Of a stretch of DNA of 64,000 bases, positions 27,453 through 43,730 are shown in pieces (the first letter of the stretch is position 1; the number at the start of each line of letters is the position of its first letter). A program made the position numbers and the translations under genes. This DNA comes from Blastocystis sp. Blastoise (lineage: Eukaryota; Protista; Bigyra: Opalinata): the NCBI GenBank assembly GCA_039096225.1, contig JBBPEB010000015.1, forward strand, positions 2,356,001-2,420,000, in the 5' to 3' direction. The notes beneath the pieces were generated by a model that made no database searches, was not told the DNA's origin, and was given only the letters and a program-made list of their open reading frames with translations.

Positions 27453-27549
27453 TTATTCATTAATCTTTTTGGCATCCTAAATATAGTATGATTACTATAA
27501 TAAGAAGTATAAATAAAGCAAAGAAACAAAATAACCAAAAATAAAATAG

Positions 27550-27600
<51 letters not shown>

Positions 27601-28173
27601 AGAATCACCTTCTTTGGATCTCTTCATTGAGGCACGTGCTTTGGGTCCCCAATTTGGTTCCGGATTGTCCGGATAACGTGCCACTTCAAAAGTAGGAACA
27701 TTCACACCTTCAGTGTCAAAGTTAAACTATAAGTTTATAAGTACAATAAGTATAATAAGTATAATAATAAGTATAATAATATACAAATATAATGAATATA
27801 ATGAAATAATAGCAACGATATTAATGATATTTATATAATTTAATATATAAATATAATAATAATAATAATATATATATATACGTCTTGTTGTGATTTCTTG
27901 GTAAGTATTTTCTTGGCAGGACTATGTTCAGGTAGTTTATTAATATCCAGAGGGTGTTTTTCCTGCCAATTACGGAATAAATCAAATATAACAGAAGAAG
28001 GAGCTGTTGTTTTTATAGCTAGAGGATCGGTATGAGATTGAGACACTTGATATCCAGCGTGAATCAGGCCCGACTGAATCTAGATGAAATAAAATGTATA
28101 TAAATAGATAAGTTTATATAATAATAATTAAAGAATAATGACATTATAAATGTTTATAATAATAAGAGAATAA

Positions 28174-28212
<39 letters not shown>

Positions 28213-29614
28213 TTCAATCATTTTAGGTGAATTCATGTGAAGTGTATTACACATGGAATGAAGAGAATAGAAGAGAGGGACATCATGAAGTTCAGATCGC
28301 TCCTATTATATATATATATATATAACTTTATAAACATTAATATAATCAACACAATAATAAATAAAAGTTGATGTATATAATTTTACAAATAATAATAACA
28401 TATATATACAGCATAGAGAAGTCCAAGAAGACGCTTTTGGGTAGGAATAACGCCTTCAGGAGTGGCTTTTACCCTATCAATACAGTTATCTAGCCATTTT
28501 TCGGAATATAAAGGTCCATTCCAAACAGGACCGGCCATCTATATATATATATATATATATATATAACGATTTGTATATTATATCCTCTGTTAAATAAATA
28601 AAACTATGTATTATATATAGATTAAAAGAGTTAATAATAATAAACATATATAATAATAATAATACATACAATCCAAGAGGATCCACATTGGTCGCATTTC
28701 AAAGGAGTGCTATTCGTATTGCATATATACTTATCTCCTACTTGTTTCCCTAAGGGTTGAAGATAATAATTGTCACAAGCAGCACAAGAATATACAATAG
28801 ATGACTTAAAAGCTATATATATGTAATAAATAAATATATATATATATACCTGTTTTCTTGACTTCTTGTTTGCTATCAAAACTATACATATTATAATCAG
28901 AAAGAATAAATAATATAATAAAAATATATGTATATAATACAACATATAGACTATACTATAATATATTACAGTTTACACTATAAATCATAATATATACACG
29001 CGAACAAACATTCGTATATAGAAATCAATTTGAAAAGCTGCTAAGACTTCTATATATCTTCCATATTTAGCAGCCACGTTATTTATATATCCTAAAGCGA
29101 TTCGAAGAGCTAATTCATGACAAAAAGGAGTCTTTGGACAATTTGCACCATACTTACTAAAAGATACCTATATATATATATATATATATACATTATTAGT
29201 AATACTTATATATAATAGTATACTAAAAGACTATAAATAACATCTATATATATACTTCAGGATGATTACCACAGAGAACAGCAAGATCTGTGCACGTGAC
29301 AAGCATGAGACCTCCATTTTTAATGGCTTGAACAGCACTATCAATAAAGATACTACAGGATCCGTACGGATCTAAATCGATGACGTCAAACTGCGTCATT
29401 GAAGGACGATTCTCATACATATATAATGTTGCATCTCTATATAGTAATACTTGCAATAATATATATATTCATTAACATATAAATGTTATTGAAAACAAGA
29501 TAAATTGTAGTATAATAAACTTTATTATAATTATAAAAAATTATAAATATAAATAATAATAAACATAATAATAACTCAATAATATATCACCATACACAAA
29601 AATAATATATATAA

Positions 29615-29646
<32 letters not shown>

Positions 29647-30290
29647 CGCCTGGTTAGGAACAACTCTTCCTTCAGGGATCTTATTATATTCGACATTTCT
29701 CTTAATACTCTTTACCGCCGCATCAGCTATATCATTAGCAATAATGCGCTTAACACCGTGAATTTCTTTCCAATAACGAATACTACGTAAACCAGAAGCA
29801 CTTAAAGCTTCTAATATATACATACCATCCTCAGCCATTATAGGATCATCTTTATATAATATAATATATATATATATATATAAGAAACAAAAATATAATA
29901 TAAATATATAAATACTCTTTTCAGTGAAATACTCAACTTGTTTCTTCTTTAGATTCTCATAACGTTGAGGTTTTGCAGCTTTTAATTCATCAGCCTCTTT
30001 TTTTAATAACTCACCAAACATATTAATGGATAATATGGATAAATCACGATTCAATACTTGAACCTATAAATCAGTAATTTATAATTGTCTTGTTATTAAT
30101 TAGGACAATTCAAATATATATTAATAGTATGAGAATCATATCTAATTCTATATTTACAGGATTATAGAAGACATCGTTGTTTTCAGGAAAAATAATAGTA
30201 GCCTTCCCCTCAGTAATTGTTTTATAACCTTCTGGAATTTCTGTATATCAATAACTATAACGTATAACTGAAATAATTACCTGAATTCAT
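27453..30290 (-). CDS. TRM1: tRNA (guanine26-N2)-dimethyltransferase, multi-exon
   Basis: ITEGKA...VFYNP|VQVLNRDLS, ILEALSASGLRSIRY, FDVIDLDPYG, GGLMLVTCTDLAVLCG, CxxC...CDQCG, VSQSHTDPLAIKT, NPEPNWGPK. Confidence 0.95.
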
Positions 30291-31852
30291 CTGTTTCTGT
30301 AATTATCTCAGTTTTCAAGCAATAAGATCAAGAAGTCTATCTTGAATTTAAAATGTAAATTGATTTAAACACATACTTGATAAAACAGTTCAATATTTCC
30401 TGCTTAAATGTAAGAAAATATATTGTTTTTTAAACGTTATTTTTCCATAAAACTTTCACTGAAATGACCTGGGTTTAAAAAATAATCACTTTTTTAAACT
30501 AGTTTTCTTTTTCATTATTGATTCGTATTCATGATGATTCACTCCTTTGTTTTTCTTTATAAACTATATACAAATATTCGTAGTCATATGTTCATATTTA
30601 AAATAATGTTTTTAGCAGTAATTTGTGATTTGTTTCTTCTTTTTTTATAACAAAACGATTTTCTTCGTCTTATGTTGTTTACAGAGTATTTTGATATCCT
30701 GGTGTATAATATTTACTTAAGGTAAAGCATATTTGAATTCAATTCTTCACTCTTCATATTCTTTTATGCCATTTTTTTATGTAAAATATTATTTGCTAAT
30801 AGAATTTACATTAGAGAGTCAGTACAAATCTAATCAATGCGTTCCCAGAGATTTTTAAATTAGTATTTAGAAGTATTTATGTTTGTAAAATATGGAAAAG
30901 CTGTCACAACAATTTGTGACGTGCTTTAAGTTCAAGGAGAAAAGCCTCAAATAAGGAAAAGAAAAATTTACTCATAGTATCTCTATAAATATTTAATTAC
31001 TGAATAATAAAAACAACAATTGTCTTTTACGCCTATTTGAAAATCATTATTGATTAACAAATGAAAAAAGACCTTTTTTAATAGTTTGTGTGTAAGAAGC
31101 ATTTAAAAAGATATAGAAAGGCATGAAGTATTCATAAAATACTCTATTACATAGTATATATGATTATATTCATAATAATATATATCAGCAATTCTTTTTT
31201 TAATCCCCAAAAAGCACTTATTAAAATCTAATAAACGTTTTAATTGATATCATAATAATTAGAAATCACTTTCTAGATAGTCACAAAAATAATTTGAAAA
31301 GTAAATTGATATTGTAATTGTTCATCACTTGAATCATTTCTATTTTGTTTTATTTCTTTTATTTTTTATATTTCTTAAAACTACTCTTTATGTCTTCTAT
31401 TCATTCAATAAATAAAATAGAAGATATCTTGAATAAGACAAATCCTTTTAAAGAAATGGATTTCAGTCATTTTTAAAAGTTCCAAAAGATACTAGAAGAA
31501 GACCGTAACTAAGTACAAAAACAAAAAAGCAATCCTCTTCTAGAATATATGCAGTTGGGAAAAGAATAAATTATTTGAAATCAAATAAACGTTATTACTT
31601 CTGTTTCTAAACTGTATAAAAATTTTAAGAAAAACGCATCAAAAGAAAAAAATCCAACAAAAATATGAGTTTTTCTCGATTATTTCAGAAATTCATGTTC
31701 TTTTCGAATTCTATTGGGGATAAAGTGCTGAACAATTTTATCTTCTATACAGTTTATCATTTCTTTTTAAATAATGTCAATTTCGTCATAAATTATTTAT
31801 ATTAATATATAATTATTAAATTACTTTTTTGTATTACTAAGAGAACATTAAG

Positions 31853-33008
31853 ATGAGCTATCAAAATACCATTTTCGAATTAATTAACCAAGCTAGAGGC
31901 GAATTTTCTTTCAAACGATATGATAATTGCATTCTAGCTTACAATTCAGCTTTGAATTTTGCTGATTCCATTTTACCCGTATTATCGGATTCTGAGAGAG
32001 ATGAATTAGAAAAGATGAGAAATGAATGTATGAATGAACGTGATTATGTTTTAAAGAACATGAATGAAAAAATACTTGAAAGTTACCCTTCTGTTCTACC
32101 TTCTTCTGTTTTTGTTTCTTCAGAAAAGGATAATCATTCTGAATTAAATCAACCATTTCCATCTACTCATGAATCTTCAGAATCTATTCATTCTTCTGAA
32201 TCTAATGGAAATCAAGAGAAACCAAATGATGATTTAGGTATATTTATATATTTAATTATATATAATTTATTTATATATAACTTTTTAAATATAGAAAAGA
32301 ACATTAAATCTGCTATAAGTTCTTTCCAAGGTTTTTTATCTAATGCCGTATATTGTTAATATATACTATTTATACTATAAATACATATATATATAGGCAG
32401 AGAAAACAATAGAAATGATCAACGAAACTAATAAACAATATCAACAAAAGAAACAGAATGAAACTACTACTGCTTCTTCTCCTTCTAATAATGTTGACAG
32501 TAATAATACTACTAATGTTAATAACAATAATGATAATAATAATTCTGATACTATGAATGATACTAAAGATAAAGAATCAAAGATTATTGATGCTCAAACT
32601 GCTTTTTCAAATTATTTAAAACAAATTTCAGAAGTTGATAATAAATATCAATTAACTGATAATTTCTGTAAATTAGCTGCTTCTGCTTTTCATGCATCAG
32701 CTGATTTCTTTTCTGAATCTCTCAAATTTATTAGTAATGAAATAGATAAGAATGTTGAAAAGAAGAAGAATAATCTGAATTCTTCTGAAAACAACCAAAA
32801 AACTGATGAAAAAGAATCTCAATCTCCTAAAGATACTCATCCTATTTATTCTTCTCCTTTAGAGTATCCTCAACAACAATCAACTACTCAGAATAACTCT
32901 TCTCCTTCTACTTTTAACAATAGTACTATTCTTTGTCCTCAATCGAATCCTGATTCTATGCCAAATACTTATAATAATGACAAACAATCTCAAGAGAATA
33001 AACAATAA
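31853..33008 (+). CDS. Hypothetical protein with MIT-like N-terminal helical bundle (3 exons)
   Basis: IFELINQARGEFSFKRYDNCILAYNSAL resembles MIT/TPR helices; two short GT-AG introns join the ORF-track pieces. Confidence 0.6.
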
Positions 33009-33459
33009 TTCTCTAGTTTATTTATAAAATTTATATTTATATTTATATTTTTTTCTTTGAAATAACGCAATCATTTGTGAATAGTTTCTAATAATCATCA
33101 TATAAAGAACGTTTAGTTATTCGATTATTTTCGTTAATAGTTTATCAAAGAAAAAAATATGTTAAAAAAAACCAAAATGAAATCAATTTAGAATATATAG
33201 TTTTTATGATTCAAAAAATGATTCATAGATTCTTTTTAAAATAAAGAAATAAGTATTGAATCTTAGCATATCTTTTGAATCAAAACAAATATACATTATC
33301 ATTTACATATTCTACAAAGAAATTAAGTATGATATTCATAAAATACAACATATTAAATAATAATATCTAAGTCAATAGAAAATCTAAATGAGAAAGTAAT
33401 GACCTTTAACGAAACTAATAATAAATGAAACATTATTTTAATTCTTTGGATTACATTTT

Positions 33460-36400
33460 TTAGGATTCATTCATGGCTTCCTTTGTAGATAAACACATTG
33501 ATTCTTCAAAAGAATCATTAGATGTCTCTTCTTGATCTGTTATATAATTTCTAGATACTATTTGAGAATAATTAGTATCTTCTTGATTCTCTATACTATT
33601 TCGTTTTTCTTCTTGTACAGTATATTTTTTGTTATTATCGTTAACTTGATGATTATCATGATCAGAAATCATTTTATTTGACTGAGCACATAAGTCTTCA
33701 TCAATATCTACATAATTACTATTATTTGAAGATGTAGAAGAATCAGAACACACAATAGTATTAGAACACTCTAATTTCGATATATTTGGCTCATTTTCAT
33801 GATCTTCTTTCTCATCATTAGTATCTATTCTATCTATTTCTCTATTATTACTATTATTACTTGATTCAATCATCTCATCGCTACTATCTTGTTTCTCTGA
33901 GTGAATTATAGGAATACTTATATCTTTCTTATTATTTCCTTCCTTATTACTATTATTATTATTTACAGAATCAGATAAACTATTTACAGAATCAGATAAA
34001 CTATTTATAGAATCAGATAAACTATTTACAGAGATAGGATCTCTTTTGTTATTTATACAATTCTCTTTATCATGATCATTTGATATATCACTACTAGCAT
34101 TATCTTCAACAGAACATTCTTTAGAATTCAATACATTATTTGTCAGTTTATATTTCAATACTAAATCTTCTAATTCACGATTTCTGAGAATTTGCATATC
34201 TAATTGTTCTTTGCATTGATCATATTTCATTCCTATATTATTCATCGCTTCTACACTCATATCATATTTATCGTCCATTTCTTGAGCAAGAATTGTATAT
34301 TCTTCTTTATTATTATTTAAGGATATATTCAAATCTTGTATTGTATCTTGTAAACGATCAATTAAAATAACTTTCTGTTCATTATTATCCATAACTCGTT
34401 TATTCTCATTAATTAATTCATTCTGAATTATAGTAGAAAGAGATAATTGCTTACCGAGTTCCTGTTTTTCTTCTTCTAACACTTTATTCTGCTTTAAAAG
34501 TGTTTGTTTCTCAAGAATAATCGATTCATTTAAAGAATTCAGTTGTTGTAAGGAATGACTCAACCGTTTCTCTTTCTCTTGAATATCATTATATTTATCT
34601 GATATTTCATTATATTTCTCTTCTTTCTCATAAAAGAGTTGTTTATAATGATCTATAGAAACATCTTTCTCTTTTATTTGATTCTCTAAAAGGGATATCG
34701 TAGAATTACATTCAAGAAGCTGTTTTTGACTATTTTTACACTCTTCACGAATATTGATTAATAAGATTTCTAGTGATTTCTCTTTCTCTATATTCCGACG
34801 AAGAGACTCAAAGAGAGTAGATAAATTGGTAGTATTGTTATTATTGTTATTATTTTCATTATTGTTATTATTTTCATTATTATTTTCATTATTATTTTCA
34901 TTATTATTTTCATTATTATTTTCATTCTCATATTTTTCATTATTATTATCTTTATTATTATCTTCATTATTATCTTGATTATTATCTTCATTATTATCTT
35001 GATTATTATCTTGATTATTATCTTCAACATCGCTCTTCACATTACATAAATCATATTGTGACTTCATTTGATTGTTCATAGTTTCTATCACTTCTAATTG
35101 TTTATATAACTCTTCATATACTTCTGTTTTCCTTTCTAAATCATGCTGTAACTGATTATTATTAACTTGTAATATTTCAACTTCTTTTGCTTTTCTCTCT
35201 AAATCATTCTTTATGACAACTAGACTATTATTATATTCATCTAGTATATCTTTATGTTTATCAACAGCTATAAAATGACTCTCTAACGATTCACGAAGAT
35301 CTATTATTATTTGTTTATTCTTATTAGTCTCTTCATTTATTATCATTATTTGATCTTTCTGATCTTCTATTACTTTAGTTAAATCATTTATTTTATTTAA
35401 TAGATCTACTTTCTCATCTTTCATGATCTCCAATTGTTCCTGACTATTATTATCTCTTATATAAATCTCTTCTTTCTGTATTCTTAAATCACTCAACTGT
35501 TTTTCATAGAATAAAGTTTTTTGATCATATTCTTGAACCTTCTTCTCATAATCACTTATTATTTGATTATGCTTATAGAGAGTATCATTCAATTTCTGTT
35601 TCTCTTCTTCTAAATCTGATAATTTCTGTTTTAATTCAATTATATCATTTGTTAATCTCTTATTGAGTTCTATATATATAGATCTCTGTTGTGGTTCCTT
35701 TGTTAATTCTGAAGATAATTCAGTAAATGATAATTCTGAATGTATTTCTTGTGAAGAATCAAGAGGAGGAGGAGAAGAAGGAGATCTATTCTGATTATTC
35801 ATTGATATTGATTTTATATGAGAGATTAGTGATGAACTAGTAGTTGTTATTATTGAAATATCATCATCTTTTGATATAGAAATAGTATTATTAGATATAT
35901 TATTAGATACATTATTAGATACATTATTAGATATATTATTAGATACATTATTAGATACATTATTAGATATATTATTATTAGATATATTATTATTAGATAT
36001 ATTATTATTAGATATATTATTATTAGATATATTATTATTAGATATATTATTATTAGATACATTATTATTAGATATATTATTAGTAGATACATTATTTATA
36101 CTTGAAATACTTTTATTATTCATTTCTTCAGTTACTATAACATTCGTATTTATACTACTTATATTATCTATATTCAAACTATTACAATTATTATCTTCAA
36201 ATTGATCAGTCTCTTTTATTTCATATTGTTCAGTATCATTATCATTTTCTTTATGACTACAACTCACATTATCATCTGCATTTCTATTATTTATACATTC
36301 ACTCTCATATTTATCTCCATGATCCTCTTTATATATTTCTATATCATTCTTATCATTCTTACTAACCATATCTATAAATATGTTCTCGTTACTCAATATA

Positions 36401-39400
36401 CTATTTTCATTTCTATTCTTCTGAAGTTCAGTTTCTAATAAATGAATTTCACTTCTTAAGGATTCAATAAGAACGGATTTACTATGAATATCATCCTTAT
36501 ACTCTTTCACTTGTTTCTCATAATCTTTATTCAATATCATTTTCTCTTCAATATCACTTTTCTCTTTCTTTATTAACTCGTATTGTTTCTTTAATACTTC
36601 AAATGATTCTTCTCTATCAGTGTATTTCTTTATATATTCATCTCTCTTTTCTTCTACATTTTTCTGATTATTCTCTTTTTGTTTAATTAAATCACATAAC
36701 ATATTATTCTTATTTTGAAGAGATACTATTTCTTCCTTTTTCACATTGATTTCATTATTCATTTGAATCACAGTAGTACTCAACTCATTTCTTAATAGTT
36801 CCTTCTCATTCAATTTTACTTGTAAATTCTTTATTTGATTTATATATTGTTCTTTATTCTCATTCAATCTATTTTCTAATTCTGTATACGTAGATATCAT
36901 TTCCTCATTCTCTTTCTTAAGTATTTGTAATTCATTCTTCAACTTATCATTCTCTTCAATCACAGAATCATTAATACTTTTATTCTGTAAATGAGTTTTC
37001 TTAAATATTTCAATATTTGAAATTAATTGCTGATTTTCTTCTTCTAATTCTTTTTGTTTTTTCTCTTGTTCTATAATACTAGCTTTCTCATTAGATAATT
37101 GATTACTTATATTGACTAGCTCTTTATATTGATTAGTAATTAACTGAAGTTTTTCATTTTGATTCTTATTATCTATTTCTAAAGATTGAGTATACTTTTG
37201 AAACTCAATACATCTAGCTTGAAGATTCTCTGTAGTTATTTCATGCTGTTGTAATTGCTCCCATAAATCGTTTATTTTTATATCTTTCTTCTTAGAACTA
37301 TCTATATATTTATTTAATAATTCAGATTGAGATTCATATTCATTTCGAAGTTGAATATATAAATGCTTATAATACTTTTTATTTTCTTTTACTTTTTCAG
37401 AAGATAAATCTACTGTTGTATTTCTATTTTCATTACCATAAGAAATATTCTGTTGTTTAGTACTTAAATCATTATAATTGTCTTGATTTAATGGAATATT
37501 ACGTGTAGAGAAAGAAGAAGATTGAGAAGAAGAAGGTTGAGAAGAAGAAGAAATATATGAATCTGCATATAAAGTAGGATATCCATTATTATATACTGAA
37601 GAAGATGTTTGGGATAATGATGACGAAGGTGTTGTCATATTATTCGTTGAATAATGATATCTTGGAGTTATTTGTTTTATATTATTATTTATTAATGTAG
37701 ATTTTGAGACTGGTTGAGATCTAGAATTTATATTATTATTATTATTATCATTAGTATTAAATGATGAAGAGACATTTGTATTATTTTGAATAGATGCTGC
37801 AATAGATGGAGAAGAAAAAGATCGAACAGAATTCATATCATTATTGTTGATCGATTTATTCTTCTTTTTATATGTAGTTTCATTCTTATTAGAATGGTTT
37901 ATGTTGTCATTTGAATATATAGAATCATTATTATTTGGAGTGTTGATACCATTTTGATTATTATTATTATAATTTAGTGAGAAGAGAGGAAGAGAATTAG
38001 ATGTTGTATACTATAGATAAAAATATAATATAGAATAATTTATTAAATATAATAATAAAGATACATTATTCATATTGTTTTTATATTGTTCTCTAGAATT
38101 AGTATTAGTTTGAGAGATACATGAAGATGAAGAAGAAGATGATGGTGATGGATCATCAAATATTGAATTAATAGTTGTGGTAGTAGTTGATAATAAAGAT
38201 GATTTCTGTGTAGAGGATGATGTTGGTTTCTGATGAGTGTTATGTATATCAATAATAGATAAAGGATCTATAAGTGTAGTTGGAGGAGGAGGAGGAGGAG
38301 AGGAAGAATAAGTAGAAATATTATTATATGTATTTAAAGATATATTTGAAGAAAGATTCTTTCTTAATGATAATGGAATAGAACTTATAGACATTGAAGA
38401 TTGATTATTAACTATAGAAGGAGAAGGAGATACATTCATAGATAAAAATTCTTTTGAATTATTCTTCTTCTTTTCTAGTTCTATTTTATTCTTTGATATA
38501 GTATTTTCATTCATTTCAATCACATCTACAGTTCCAAAAGATACTCTCTTTTGACTTGGTTTTCTTGTATTCATTAATGTTGGTGATAAAGGAAGAATAG
38601 ATGATGGAATACTCACTGATAGTGATTGAGATAGAATAGTTGATTCAAGAGACTGAGAGAGAGTTGATGATAATGATGAATTAGTAGTATTAGAAGAAGA
38701 AGAAGAAGAAGAAGAAGAAGAAGAATTCTTTGAGTGAATAGGTAATGGAGAGAAAGAGAGAGGAGGAGGAAGAGAAGAAGGAAGAGATGAAGTTGATAAA
38801 GAAAGAGATTGTGATGATTGCTTAGAGAGAGAAAGTGTAGAATCTTGAGATGATATATTAGTGATATTTGTTTGATTATTACTTGAAATGAATTGTTTCT
38901 GTTGATTTAATAATAATAGATTCGAAATATCCATAGGTAAAGAATTACTTTGACTATTTTCTGAATTTTGCTGATTATTTTGAATTGTAGATTCAGAAGA
39001 TAATGAATTTCTAGTTAAAGAAGGAGAAGACAATGTTGAATTTATTGAATTGTCAAATAAGATTTCATATTGCTATAAAAATGAAATAGGAAATATAATA
39101 GATATTATATATATACATATAAGAATCCAGAAGACGTCATAAAATAAATAATATTATCAATATAATTGATAGAAATAATCATTTCATTGTTTTGAAATAA
39201 ATTGGAAAAGATTATCTTACTATTCTTAAAATCAAATATCTATATATAGAATAAGATAAATGTGTAAATAGATAAACATAAAATAATCATAAAATAATAT
39301 ATAAATATAAAAAAAAAATTAAAAAAGGCAATTTAGATATTAAAAGTATTATTTAAAAAGAATATATAGATAAAAAATTATATTTTTAAAAGAAAAATAG

Positions 39401-40513
39401 ATATAAAAAAATATTATAAAAAAGAATAAATAGATATAAAATAATCATAGAGACTACCTTAAAAGCAGTTTGGTCTTCTATATATGCAAGATATCCGTGA
39501 ATAAGACAAGCATTAGTGATTGATGATTCAATTGAAGATATTAAAATAGATAGACATTCACAATTATATATGCATTTATATGTATTCACATCATATACTT
39601 GAAAATGATTCTCATTTGTCACTAGAATAAGAAGGAGTTCTGAACTAATTATATAATGAATACCTTCATTTATATGAAGAACTACTGATAAATCATTATA
39701 TTCTTTGTTTATTGTCTATATATACATATTAATAATAATTATTATTAGATCTCTATTAAAATAAATATATATATTTATATATATACATATTAATTTAATG
39801 ATTATTATTAGATCTCTATTAAAATAAATATATATACATATATAATTCCAGAAGAAGTATATAGAATAAGAGAAGATAATGTTTGTTTAGAAGAGTTTTG
39901 ATTGATTGAAAGAATCCTTTGAATACGATAATGTTCAATAGAAAATGAAAATATAATTTGATCCGTAACACAATTCAATCCCTATATATATATAATAATA
40001 GTAAATGTATTAATATATAGATATAATAAAGTATTGTATATACTGTTAACCTAGAATAATTTTCATTTAATATCCGTATATTATTCTCATAGAATATTGA
40101 TGTGCATTTGGGATATATCTCTTTGAGAAGTCGAACAGAAAAGTTGTTTTTATAAGAAATGACCTAAACAACATATTAGTATTTATTAATTTAAAAATAT
40201 TAATTTTATATTAGGAATTAATTTATATACCAGTATTTGCCCATTTCCTAGAAGAAACGAAGATTCATTTTCATTTATACAAAAACTTTTTATTGATTGA
40301 TTGCAATCATAAGAAAAAAGTACAGAAAGATCACTTACTTGTGTAAACTATAAAGTAATTGATTAAATTGTATACTGAATAAGCAATTCAAGATATAAAT
40401 ACCTTTATAATTGAATGATCTCCAACACAAACCAAGTAATTCGCTACTTGTTGAGTTTCTAAGGAAACATCATAAAAAAATTGATTCTTTTTTATTTCTT
40501 TCCACGTAGTCAT
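33460..40513 (-). CDS. Large hypothetical protein: multi-exon beta-rich N-terminus, Ser/Pro-rich linker with KRVSF, long coiled coil
   Basis: 1458-aa and 340-aa ORF pieces plus small upstream exons starting MTTWKEIKK (ATG 40513); E/K/Q/L heptad-rich C-terminal part. Confidence 0.7.
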
Positions 40514-41282
40514 GGTGTTCTAATAATAAATAAATAAACACTAAATAGAACAGATATCGTCTTTTGATAAAAGAGATTTCATAGATCAAAAACATGGAGA
40601 TTATTTTTTATTGGATATTTTACACATGCAGAAAAAGACAATAAATCCGTATTTTTGTTATCTACTTATTGTCATTTATTACATTCATTAAAATGACTTT
40701 TATAAGCATAGAAATACTGATGAAAGCAAGTACAAAATACTGGAGGAGAATTATCATAACGCAGAAAGAAAAAAAACATTTTTATCAATAATGAAGAGAA
40801 TATATTATTTTACTTATTGAGCAGATTTGGAAGATTCTACACAGTATAATCTATTGATTTTTGACATGAAAGGAGAACAATTAAGATAGTATTTGTTGGA
40901 AAATATTTAGAATAGGTATTTTAGTATCTATATCATTCTGTATTTATCAGACATTTCTTTTGGAACTCTAAAAACTATAATAGAACATAAATGAAAATGA
41001 AATATATACATTAAGAAGGTATAATAGCATTTATATTCGTTTTAAGATACTCTTAGAATTACAGGCATATATACTTATCTTTAAAAATAGAGAAGACTCT
41101 CTAGTCGAGGAATAAAAAGAAGAAAAGTCAGTTTCTAAAAAAATGGAAACAGTTTAGAATTGTGATTATTTCTCGTTTTGACAGTGAAAATCGTCGAATT
41201 CTCAATAATAGAATATTCTCCTTCCTGAATATTTTTTTATACACCTTCTATATTTTATTAATTATCATTCTAAATAAGCAAT

Positions 41283-42006
41283 ATGTTTGCTCGTTCCTTA
41301 GCATATCGGTATATAAATAATTGGTTCTTTCTAATAGAAGTGTAGTACCCTTCCTTTAGTGAGTCGATTAGTGTCTCCTTCTGTAAAATGTCTTCAAAGA
41401 GGTTTCGCTACTAAATTTTATGATTCTCCTCTTTTCAAGAGTTTACAGAATGAATTTGAATATTCTGTAGATAATGAAATGGGAAGTATGTTCGTTCATT
41501 ATAATGTAGATTATGTTCTATATTATGAATTATAGGTATTGAAAAGAGTCTTAGCAAGAAAATCAAACAATTTGAAGACTTGTATATCATTTATAAGAGT
41601 TTTATCGATTTTTTTATTTCTATATTTTAATCTCTTTATTATAGAGGTTGGCAATTGGATACTGAAGAAGGCAATACTGAATTTAGTCTCATGAAACCTA
41701 TAGCTGATGATGAACATGTTATGGTTACTATGAGTGCCGATTCTCAACAAGATCTTACTGCCGATGAAGAAGTAAGTTTTTTTTTTATTTATAATTTTTT
41801 TTATTTATTTTTTTTTAAATATTATCGATTCATTATTTTTTTATTATAGACTGGTGATGTATCTTCTCAGCCAATAGAATTCCGTGTTGTTCAAAATATT
41901 GGTGATAATTTCGATGAGACAGCTACTGAAAAGAAAGATGAAGAAAACGAAGAAGATGAAATTCCTCTTCCAGATCTTCAAATGATCTTCCATGTATATA
42001 TATTAG

Positions 42007-42041
<35 letters not shown>

Positions 42042-42052
42042 TTAATTTATTT

Positions 42053-42149
<97 letters not shown>

Positions 42150-42154
42150 TTATT

Positions 42155-42186
<32 letters not shown>

Positions 42187-42455
42187 TTTCAGTATATATA
42201 TATATAATATAATTACAATATAATAATCATTATATATATATAGTGTGTGAATACTCCTGAAGATCCCCTTAAGGTCGTTCATATGGATTGTACTCTCCCT
42301 ATGGACATGGAAACAGAAGATAACATGATGTATCATGGACCTCCATTCAAATCTCTTGACGATAAAGTTCAACAGGAGTAATGCTATACCATTATTCTTA
42401 TTTTGATTATTAATTATTTTTATCTTAGTTATTTTTATATAGATTTTCATTTCTA

Positions 42456-42493
<38 letters not shown>

Positions 42494-42782
42494 TCACAAC
42501 TATAATTCATTTTTTATTATTATTATTTCTTCTATATCTTTTCTACTATATATATATATAGAGTAATGAAACATCTTAAAGATCTTGGTATCGATAAAAA
42601 CTTCACTACATTATGTATATATATTTTATTATCATAATAATAGTAATAAGAATTATATATTCTATTTCTTTTCTATTCATTATATAGTACGTGAATTTGC
42701 TCTTGATAAGGAATTCTTTGAATATATTAACTGGTTAAAGAAAATTGTTGTCGATCCTGAAACCGAAGAAAATCAAAAGTAA
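41283..42782 (+). CDS. MAM33: Mitochondrial acidic glycoprotein, MAM33/p32 family
   Basis: Targeting-like start MFARSLAYR; YHGPPFKSLDDKVQ...LKDLGID...KEFFEYINWLKK matches the family C-terminal pattern. Confidence 0.85.
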
Positions 42783-43008
42783 AATAATTTATATATCTAT
42801 TTAAATCATAATATTATTCATTATTTCCAATGAATTTAAGTTATATTAGTTCCTCAATCTTTTTTTGTTTACATCATTCTTCTTATCTACGCAAGTTAAA
42901 TACTAGAATTGTTTTTTATTCACAGTTATGTTTTTTTTTAATATAAAATACAAAACAATATAGTTTTACACAATTATTTTGGCATATAAAATGAATATAA
43001 CTATAGAA

Positions 43009-43698
43009 TCAAATCTTTGGTTCTGAGTTATTCGCTTCATCTTCTTCTTCTTTTTGTTTCTTTAAATTCTCAATATATATCTTTGATTCTTCATCTAATT
43101 TATTCATCATTTGCTCTATTTCTTCTTGACCTACACATCGTTGCTTCTCTATATCCTCAATAAACGGTATCAATTCTGTAGACTCAATAAAAACACCACA
43201 ATTCTCTAATTTCTTTTGTAAAAATGGATCTTTCACGGTTAAACCCTATTTATAAATTTATTATTTAGTAAAGAAATAATTTTATTATTATAAGCATATA
43301 ATGATATTATGTATAATAGTAATGATTATTATAAATATAATAATATGTTAATAATAAATTTTTTAAAAATAATAATAATAACTACAATAACATGTATATA
43401 ATAATTAAAATAATAATAATAATAATAATAATATTAATATATACATCTTCCATCGAAGATACGATTCCCTCCGTGATCCCTCGGCAAAGTCCCCTACTGT
43501 CAACGACAGGACCCCCACACATGCCTTGAGTCAAATTCTCTTCAGTCTTCGCAAATATTCGGTGATTAGAAGCCGCTAATAATTGACCAGGCACTTTCTA
43601 TATATATATAGAATATATTCTATTTTAGTATATACATAAAGTATAGTATACTATATTATACTATACAATAATAATATACTTCAGTATGAATAATTATA

Positions 43699-43730
<32 letters not shown>

